From: a bacterium
GTDB lineage: Bacteria > Patescibacteriota > Minisyncoccia > CAIUEV01
Direction of reading: 5' to 3'
Length of the DNA stretch: 64,000 nucleotides
Assembly (NCBI GenBank): GCA_021779915.1
Contig: JAJXZR010000029.1
Span: 12,495 to 76,494 of the forward strand
Notes under the pieces: model-generated
The model's input: only the letters and a program-made list of their open reading frames with translations
Databases searched by the model: none
Told to the model about the DNA's origin: nothing
Made by a program: the position numbers and the translations under genes
In this document: in pieces, positions 57,200 to 64,000 of the stretch
Layout of the letters: each line of letters starts with the position of its first letter
How positions within the stretch are numbered: position 1 is the first letter of the stretch

Positions 57200-58081
57200 A
57201 TGGTTTCTCAAAAAATAAAAAAGGCCATTATTGCCGTGGCAGGAAGTGGGACTCGATTGCTTCCAGCCACCAAGGCTATGCCCAAAGAAATGCTTCCAAT
57301 TGTAGACAAGCCGATTATTCAATTAGTGGTGGAAGAATTGATTGAAGCAGGAATTGAAGATATTATTCTTGTTACCAAGTGGGACAAAAAACCATTGGAA
57401 GACCATTTTGATAGAAGCTGGGCTCTAGAGAATGAACTGGAAAAAAACAACAAGCTAGAAAAACTGGAAGAAATCAAAAGAATTTCCGAACTGGCTAATT
57501 TTATTTATGTCAGGCAGAAAGGTCCTTATGGAAACGGTACCCCGGTTCTTTCGGCCGGAAGCTTGGTAGATGACGAACCTTTTGTTTTTGTTTGGGGAGA
57601 CGATCTAGTTAAAGCTAAGCAATCTTTTACTAAATCAATGGTAGAAGATTACGAAAAAAACGGACATCTCATGATAGGAGTTCAAAAAGTGCCAGAAACC
57701 GAAGTCAGTCGTTATGGAATCGTAAAACTTCGAGAAGGAACTAATGAAATCGAGGACATTATTGAAAAACCCAAGCAAGAAGAAGCTCCGTCTTGCCTTG
57801 CCGATTTTGGCAGAATGATCCTTGATCAAGAAATAATCAACATCTTGAAAAACACAGCTCTTGGAAAAGACAATGAGCTTTGGATTGTCGACGCTATCAG
57901 AACTTACGTGAAAAACGGGGGAATTTTCCTGGCTAAAGAAGTGGAAAATGGGGAATGGATGACAACTGGGGACGCTCTCAATTACCTAAAAGCCACTCTA
58001 GCTTACGCTTTTGACAGAGAGGATTTAGCTAGGGAGATTGAGGCGTATATTGGGAAGATCAAGGGGGGATCTGGGGTTTAG
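57200..58081 (+). CDS. galU: UTP--glucose-1-phosphate uridylyltransferase
   Basis: KAIIAVAGSGTRLLPATKAMPKEMLP N-terminal signature. Confidence 0.85.
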   Translation: MVSQKIKKAIIAVAGSGTRLLPATKAMPKEMLPIVDKPIIQLVVEELIEAGIEDIILVTKWDKKPLEDHFDRSWALENELEKNNKLEKLEEIKRISELANFIYVRQKGPYGNGTPVLSAGSLVDDEPFVFVWGDDLVKAKQSFTKSMVEDYEKNGHLMIGVQKVPETEVSRYGIVKLREGTNEIEDIIEKPKQEEAPSCLADFGRMILDQEIINILKNTALGKDNELWIVDAIRTYVKNGGIFLAKEVENGEWMTTGDALNYLKATLAYAFDREDLAREIEAYIGKIKGGSGV

Positions 58082-58148
58082 TTAAGTTTTTTGCAATAAT
58101 TAAATCTACCATCCTGTTAACATAAAATATTTTTAATTCATCTACTAA

Positions 58149-58266
58149 AATGACTAATGACTAATATCGAATGACGAATCAATGACAAAGTCCTAATATC
58201 AAAAAATTTTGTTATTTGGATTTCGGATTTGGTTTGTTATTTGTCATTCGGAATTCGTCATTTGAT
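58149..58266. repeat. TGACGAA/TGACTAA-heptad palindromic element (T4) after the galU stop
   Basis: aatgactaatgactaatatcgaatgacgaatcaatgacaaag ... ttgtcattcggaattcgtcatttg. Confidence 0.65.
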
Positions 58267-58336
58267 TAGTTAGATTAGGCTTTTTTGCAGTTTCTCTTGA
58301 ATAATCAGTTTAATTATTACTCTTCATCAACATCTA

Positions 58337-59812
58337 ATGTCTTCAAACCAAACCCTCAAACAACTTCTTGCGGATCGAAAGAAAAAACTCGATTTAATTA
58401 AAGAAGCGGGGGTTAATCCCTATCCGAGCAAAGCAAAACGTACTTGCACAAATGCTGAGGCTTTGAAAAATTTCAACAAATTAAAAAAAAGAAAGATTAC
58501 TTTGGTCGGGAGAATAATGGGAAAGAGAGGCCATGGAGGAATAAATTTTGCCGATCTGGAAGATGAAAGTGGTAAAATCCAAATTGCCCTCAGAAAAGAT
58601 GAGATCGGAGAGAAAAATTTCAATATCTTTTTGAATTTAATTGAAAGGGGAGATTTTATTGAAGTTGAAGGAACTCTTTTCCTAACCCGTGCCGGAGAAA
58701 AAACGTTAGGAGTTTCTCGATGGAAACTTCTTTCCAAAGCCTTAAAGCCTCTTCCGGAAAAATGGAAGGGATTACAAAGCGAAGAATTACGCTACCGAAA
58801 GCGCTATCTTGATCTTCTTACCAACCAAGAAACAAGAGAAAGATTTAGAAAAAGAAGCCATTTCATCGAACTTTTACGTAATTTTCTTCTTGGCAAAGGA
58901 TTTCTGGAAGTGGAAACTCCCATTTTACAACAAATGGCTGGGGGAGCGATTGCTAAGCCTTTTAAAACTAGACACAATGCTCTTGGACAGGATTATTTTT
59001 TACGCATTGCTCCCGAGTTATATCTCAAAAGATTGATCGTTGGCGGATTCGAGAAAGTTTTTGAATTTGCCAGAAATTTTCGCAACGAAGGAATCAGTAC
59101 CCAGCATAATCCCGATTTTACCATGCTAGAATTTTATCTTGCCTACAGTGACTACGAGAAACTGATGAGCTTGACCGAAGAGATGTTTAAAAAAATCATC
59201 CCCAAAATCAACGGATCTTTTGTCATAAATTTTCAAGGAAAAAAGTTTGATTTTAAACCTCCTTATAAAAAGGTATTGTTTAGTGATTTAGTAAAGAAAG
59301 AATTAAAGCTGGATATGGATAAGTTGAAAAGAAAAGATTTGTTAGAGATAATCAAGAAGAACTCAATTGAACTAAAAAATATCAGCTCGGAGTCAGATGC
59401 GAAACTCCTAGATGAAATATACAAAAAAATAATTCGTCCAAAACTTTCCGGTCCGTTATTTCTGATGGATTATCCCAAAGAAATGATTCCTCTTGCCAAA
59501 ACTAAAGAAGAAAATCCCAAACGAATTGCTACCTTTCAACTGATTGTTAATGGTTGGGAAATAATTAAAGCCTACAACGAGCTTAATGATCCTGGGGAAC
59601 AAGCCGATCGTTTTTTAGAGCAAGCTAAAGCAAAAGAAAAAGGCGACGAAGAAGCTCACGGTTTTGATGAAGATTACGTTGAGGCTCTTTCCTACGGCAT
59701 GCCCCCAACAGCTGGCTGGGGAATGGGGATAGACCGATTTTTGGCTATTTTATTGGATCAGAAGAATTTAAGGGACGTGATTTTGTTTCCCTTGAGGAGG
59801 AAGAAGGATTAA
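58337..59812 (+). CDS. lysS: lysine--tRNA ligase (class II)
   Basis: OB-fold anticodon-binding domain plus class II core (motif 2 FRNEG, motif 3 GMGIDR). Confidence 0.9.
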   Translation: MSSNQTLKQLLADRKKKLDLIKEAGVNPYPSKAKRTCTNAEALKNFNKLKKRKITLVGRIMGKRGHGGINFADLEDESGKIQIALRKDEIGEKNFNIFLNLIERGDFIEVEGTLFLTRAGEKTLGVSRWKLLSKALKPLPEKWKGLQSEELRYRKRYLDLLTNQETRERFRKRSHFIELLRNFLLGKGFLEVETPILQQMAGGAIAKPFKTRHNALGQDYFLRIAPELYLKRLIVGGFEKVFEFARNFRNEGISTQHNPDFTMLEFYLAYSDYEKLMSLTEEMFKKIIPKINGSFVINFQGKKFDFKPPYKKVLFSDLVKKELKLDMDKLKRKDLLEIIKKNSIELKNISSESDAKLLDEIYKKIIRPKLSGPLFLMDYPKEMIPLAKTKEENPKRIATFQLIVNGWEIIKAYNELNDPGEQADRFLEQAKAKEKGDEEAHGFDEDYVEALSYGMPPTAGWGMGIDRFLAILLDQKNLRDVILFPLRRKKD

Positions 59813-59817
59813 AGAAG

Positions 59818-59996
59818 TTCTAATTCACCTAATTCCTAATTCACCTAATAAAATGTCAAAGGTCAAATGACGAATGACGAATTAATTCCGAATATCAAAT
59901 GACAAAAAAAGTATTTTGAAATTTGGATTTTGTCATTGATTTGTCATTTGACATTAGTCATTTGTCATTTTATTAGAAATTAGGTGAATTAGAACT
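59818..59996. repeat. TGACGAA-heptad element with TTCTAATTCACCTAAT / ATTAGGTGAATTAGAA terminal inverted repeats (T5) after the lysS stop
   Basis: ttctaattcacctaattcctaattcacctaat-aaaatgtcaaaggtcaaatgacgaatgacgaatt ... ttgtcatttgacattagtcatttgtcatttt-attagaaattaggtgaattagaa. Confidence 0.75.
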
Positions 59997-60087
59997 TAGA
60001 AATTTATCCCCCCTCTCTTGCCTTTCCCAAAAAAACCTCTCTATAATGGTAAGTTAGGCGTTTAAAAATTATTTCTAAATATTTTTT

Positions 60088-63000
60088 ATGTTTAAGTCCG
60101 TTGACCCTAAAATACCTCCCTCGGAAAGAGAAAAGAAAACCATCAAGTTTTGGAAGAAAAATATGGCTTTTGAAAAGTCCATTGAGAACAGACGGGAAGC
60201 TCCAATTTACAGCTTTTTCGACGGTCCTCCTTTTATTACTGGTGTACCTCATTATGGGACGCTTCTCTCTTCTATTGCTAAAGATGTGGTTCCTAGATAT
60301 TGGACAATGAGAGGTTATCGGGTTGACAGGCGTTGGGGTTGGGATTGTCATGGACTTCCGGCCGAACACATGGTGGAAAAAAAGCTAGGACTCAAGACAA
60401 AAAAAGAGATTGAGGAAGGAGTCGGAATCGAGAGATTTGTCTGTGAATGCCTCCGATCAACCAGCAAAGTCGCCTCTTCTTGGGAAGATACCATTGACCG
60501 CATCGGTCGTTGGATAGACTATAAAAATGCCTATCGTACCATGGACTCTGATTACATGGAATCGGTTTGGTGGGCTTTCAAAGAACTTCACAGCAAAGGA
60601 CTTATCTATAAAGACACCCGTATTTCTCTTTACTGTCCGCGTTGCGCCACTCCACTGGCTAATTTTGAAATTGCTATGGACAACAGTTATCAAGATGTGG
60701 TAGACGCCTCCGCCTTCGTTCGATTTCCTCTTACTCAAGAATCTAAGGAAAAATTGAGTCTTTCTGCAAAGGATCCGGTCTATTTCGTTGCTTGGACAAC
60801 TACTCCCTGGACTTTGCTTTCTAATTCCGGATTGGCAGTCAGTCCAAAGATGGATTATTTGGTAATCAAACCTAAAAAAGAAAAAGGCCTTTTAATTTTA
60901 GCCAAATCAAGATGGGAATATGTCAAAGAACTTGCAAAAATTGAGGGAGAGATAGTATCCGAAATAAAGGGAAGTGGTCTCGAGAATCTCACTTATGAAA
61001 GAATTCTCCCTGAAGAAACAGTTTACGAAAAATCAGAGAACGACAACGGTTTTCGAGTGGTTTTGGGGGATTTCGTTGAAGAAGACAACGGTAGTGGAAT
61101 TGTTCACATGTCTCCGGCTTTTGGGGAAGAGGACTACAAAAAAGGAAAGGAAGAAAATCTACCTATTCTCTTAAATGTTGACTCCGAAGGGAAGTTCATT
61201 GAAGGACAGTTTGAAGGAAAAAATGTTTGGGATGCCAACCCAAAAATTGTAGAACTCCTCAAAAAGAAAGAACTTCTCTTAGTGGAAGAAAAAATCACCC
61301 ACAGTTACCCATTCTGCCATCGATGTCACACAAAACTGATTTACAAAGTCCAACCGGCTTGGTTTATCAAAGTCAGTAGCCTTAAAGACCAATTAATTTC
61401 AGAAAATGAAAAAATCAATTGGCATCCAGAACATTTGAAACATGGAAGATTCTTGAAGGGAATTGAATCGGCTCCTGATTGGAATATTTCCCGAGACCGC
61501 TTTTTTGGTACCGCTATCCCTATTTGGGAATGTGAAAGTTGCAACAAACAAATTGCGGTCGGTTCCTACGACGAACTTTATCAGCTTTCGGGACAAAGAC
61601 TTGATGATTACCACCGACCTTACGTCGACAAAATCACTTTCAAATGCCCAGATTGCGAAAATACTTGTAGAAGAATTCCTCAAGTGCTTGATTGTTGGGT
61701 TGAATCAGCATCCATGCCTTTTGCGGAAAGACACTATCCTTTTAAAAACCAAGAAGATTTCAACCAAAAATTCCCTTGCGATTTTGTTTCCGAATACATT
61801 GGCCAAACTCGAGCCTGGTTTTTTGTAATGCACACAATGGCCGTCGCTCTTTTTGGAAAACCAGCCTTTAAAAATGTCGTTACCACTGGAGTCATCGCCG
61901 GTTCTGACGGGAAAAAAATGTCCAAGTCTTTGGGTAATTTTCCCGACCCAGAAGAAGTCCTCAATAAATATTCCGCGGACGCCTTACGCTTTTATCTTAT
62001 GAGTTCCCCTATTATGGAAGCTGAAAATATGAATTTTTCGGAAGAGAAAGTGGGAGAAATTCAAAAAGGTCTGCTTCGCGCCTGGCTTAATTCCTACTAT
62101 TTTTTCATCACTTACGCCCGCCTCGACAAATGGAAGCCCGATATGGAAATTCCTTTCCGTTGGAGCGACCCCCAATCTTTCAGAGAGGCTTGGCAAAAAC
62201 CAACAATCACTATCGACGCTTGGATTCTTTCCGAACTTCACACACTCCTCCGAGATATGCGAGAGTTTATGGATAATTACAAAATAGCAAGGGCTGCAAG
62301 ACTCCTTCCTCCGTTCCTGGACAAACTTTCCAATTGGTATATTCGAAGAAGTAGAAAACGTTTTTGGAAAAGCGAAAATGATGAAAACAAAAACGACGCT
62401 TATCAGGCTCTCTACGAAGTTCTTACCAAGCTTGGCCAGTCCGCCGCTCCTTTTTTGCCTTTTCTAACCGAAGAAATTTATCAAAATATTAATGTGTTTG
62501 AAGGAAAAGACTTAGAACTAGACGAAGGCAAAGAAATGAACAAAACCCTCAACAAAGAATCAATCCACCTAACCGACTTTCCTGAAGTAAATCCTATGCT
62601 CATCGATGAAGAGTTAAATCTTTCCATGGAAAGAGTGAGACAAATCGTAACCATTGGTCTTTCTCTTCGTGCAAAGAAAGGGATTAAAGTCCGCCAACCT
62701 CTTCAAACTCTTTTTGTGAAAGAGTTAGGGAACATTACCGAAGAACTTTGGGAATTGGTAAAGGAAGAATTAAATATTAAGGAGATAAAAGAAAAAACTA
62801 ATTTAGATGAGCTTATCTTGGAAAATAAACTTCCTCAAGATCTAATCGGGATAACCGAGAAAGAAGAAACTATTGCTATCGATTTAAAACTAAACGAAGA
62901 CCTTCTTCTCGAAGGAGAAATGAGGGAAGTGGTAAGACAAATTCAAGAAGGAAGAAAAAAGGCTGGATTCAATATTGAAGATCATATCATCCTCGGCTAC

Positions 63001-63156
63001 ATCGGAAAAGAAGAAATATTCAATCGCTTTGGCTATGTGATCAGCAAAGAAACACTGGCCGATGAAATATTTAACAAAGAACTTCCTGAGAAAGAATATT
63101 TTTTTGAGATTAAATTAGGAACAGAAAAAGTCAGTATTTCGCTTAAGAAAAAATAG
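60088..63156 (+). CDS. ileS: isoleucine--tRNA ligase, type 2 (eukaryote-like)
   Basis: GPPFITGVPHYG (type-2 IleS HYGH-region variant), KMSKS, WNISRDRFFGTAIPIW, Zn-binding CxxC pairs; 1022 aa. Confidence 0.8.
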   Translation: MFKSVDPKIPPSEREKKTIKFWKKNMAFEKSIENRREAPIYSFFDGPPFITGVPHYGTLLSSIAKDVVPRYWTMRGYRVDRRWGWDCHGLPAEHMVEKKLGLKTKKEIEEGVGIERFVCECLRSTSKVASSWEDTIDRIGRWIDYKNAYRTMDSDYMESVWWAFKELHSKGLIYKDTRISLYCPRCATPLANFEIAMDNSYQDVVDASAFVRFPLTQESKEKLSLSAKDPVYFVAWTTTPWTLLSNSGLAVSPKMDYLVIKPKKEKGLLILAKSRWEYVKELAKIEGEIVSEIKGSGLENLTYERILPEETVYEKSENDNGFRVVLGDFVEEDNGSGIVHMSPAFGEEDYKKGKEENLPILLNVDSEGKFIEGQFEGKNVWDANPKIVELLKKKELLLVEEKITHSYPFCHRCHTKLIYKVQPAWFIKVSSLKDQLISENEKINWHPEHLKHGRFLKGIESAPDWNISRDRFFGTAIPIWECESCNKQIAVGSYDELYQLSGQRLDDYHRPYVDKITFKCPDCENTCRRIPQVLDCWVESASMPFAERHYPFKNQEDFNQKFPCDFVSEYIGQTRAWFFVMHTMAVALFGKPAFKNVVTTGVIAGSDGKKMSKSLGNFPDPEEVLNKYSADALRFYLMSSPIMEAENMNFSEEKVGEIQKGLLRAWLNSYYFFITYARLDKWKPDMEIPFRWSDPQSFREAWQKPTITIDAWILSELHTLLRDMREFMDNYKIARAARLLPPFLDKLSNWYIRRSRKRFWKSENDENKNDAYQALYEVLTKLGQSAAPFLPFLTEEIYQNINVFEGKDLELDEGKEMNKTLNKESIHLTDFPEVNPMLIDEELNLSMERVRQIVTIGLSLRAKKGIKVRQPLQTLFVKELGNITEELWELVKEELNIKEIKEKTNLDELILENKLPQDLIGITEKEETIAIDLKLNEDLLLEGEMREVVRQIQEGRKKAGFNIEDHIILGYIGKEEIFNRFGYVISKETLADEIFNKELPEKEYFFEIKLGTEKVSISLKKK

Positions 63157-63193
63157 AAAGAAAGACCTGTATATACACAATCTTAATTTTAAC

Positions 63194-63419
63194 GTGTCAT
63201 TCCCGGCGTGTCGACCGGAAATCCAGGTTAGACTCACTAATTATTCTAATTTCTCTAATTGACCTAATTATTCTAAACAAAATCCCCAAAAACCAATTTC
63301 CAAATTTTATTTTTTATTGTTTGGTATTTGGTGCTTTTTTAGGTTAATTAGTATAATTAGGTCAATTAGAGCAATTTTACGTTCTCCCAGATCCCCGGTC
63401 GACACGCCGAGGATGACAC
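63194..63419. repeat. MITE-like element, hairpin-TIR family, long subtype (H14)
   Basis: GTGTCATTCCCGGCGTGTCGACCGGAAATCCAGG ... CCAGATCCCCGGTCGACACGCCGAGGATGACAC; internal ctaattgacctaattattctaaacaaaatcc module as in H1 and H12. Confidence 0.8.
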
Positions 63420-63460
63420 ATAAGAGTTAAATGAATTACAATAAAGACTAAATACAACTC

Positions 63461-64000
63461 ATGAACTTAAATTTTTTTCTCCCCAAACAACCTGAATTTT
63501 TTGTTTACTTTGATGAGTACGGCGACTGTTTGAATGAAATGGCCAATTTGTTTAAAAAGTTTACTCACAATTTTAACAATTTTGAGGAATATTTTGAAGA
63601 AGCTAGAGTAATTGAACATGAAGGAGACAAGATCTGCCGTAAAATTATCGACAAACTCAATCGCACCATCATCACTCCTTTTGATCGCGAAGACATCCAT
63701 TTAATTGCCAGGAAGACTGACCGATTGATTGACTTGACTGAGAACGTCATTAGAAACATCTATTTCTATAAACCCAAAGAAAAAATTGAGGCTGTTACAG
63801 AATTTTCCGACCTTATTTGTAGAGCCACCATGAATACAACCAAACTCTTGAAACTCCTCAAAAAAATGAAATACACCTCTGAGGTTAAAAAACTAGTTAT
63901 GGAAAATCACAAACTGGAAGATCGAGGCGATCTTGTCTTCAAAAAATCTATCGTGAAACTCTTTGAAGACGAAAAAGACCCGGCCAACATCATCAAATGG
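63461..64000 (+). CDS. DUF47 family protein (PhoU-like phosphate-transport regulator-related); 3' end beyond the window
   Basis: ATG at 63461; translation MNLNFFLPKQPEFFVYFDEY...EEAR...EHEGDKICRKI matches the DUF47 N-terminal pattern; ORF still open at 64000. Confidence 0.45.
   Translation, partial: MNLNFFLPKQPEFFVYFDEYGDCLNEMANLFKKFTHNFNNFEEYFEEARVIEHEGDKICRKIIDKLNRTIITPFDREDIHLIARKTDRLIDLTENVIRNIYFYKPKEKIEAVTEFSDLICRATMNTTKLLKLLKKMKYTSEVKKLVMENHKLEDRGDLVFKKSIVKLFEDEKDPANIIKW

Noticed and set aside
60004-60369. 121-aa minus-strand ORF
   Set aside because: It is antisense to the ileS 5' region and upstream repeat, has no RBS, and was treated as spurious.
13785-63419. Recurring hairpin-containing repeats considered as a possible CRISPR array
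   Set aside because: Copies are scattered in separate intergenic regions at irregular spacing. There is no regularly spaced repeat-spacer structure. Ends are inverted rather than direct repeats, and no cas genes are present.

Overview
This window is an AT-rich, gene-dense bacterial chromosomal segment read with the standard genetic code. Its content resembles a Candidate Phyla Radiation/Patescibacteria-type genome. It carries many housekeeping genes, including gatB, murA, dcd, trmD, miaA, yidD, serS, lysS, type-2 ileS, topA, dnaJ, rsmA, hup, yebC, a rodA/ftsW homologue and galU. There are three tRNAs (Ala-TGC, Gly-CCC, Tyr-GTA). Cell-envelope genes include GT4 glycosyltransferases, a Wzx-like flippase, O-antigen-ligase-like proteins and a DedA protein. 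There are two type IV pilus/T2SS ATPase genes, one of them a tandem double-ATPase fusion. Anaerobic-metabolism genes include porD-porA, nrdG and a radical SAM enzyme. A cluster of large secreted proteins includes an S8 protease, a beta-helix/lipase protein and a protein with calcium-binding repeats. The most striking feature is not a gene. Nearly every intergenic region is built from modular palindromic repeat families. The main family has hairpin-containing terminal inverted repeats (GTGTCATCC-[hairpin]-GGATCCAG ... CTGGATCC-[hairpin]-GGATGACAC) with at least 14 copies, including nested and permuted composites. A second family carries TGACGAA heptad repeats directly after stop codons. A CTTGATAAAC direct-repeat motif abuts three start codons. 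A 124-bp GC-rich palindrome follows topA. No CRISPR array, rRNA, integrase or transposase gene is visible. Every product call below rests on motif recognition by eye, not on a database search.
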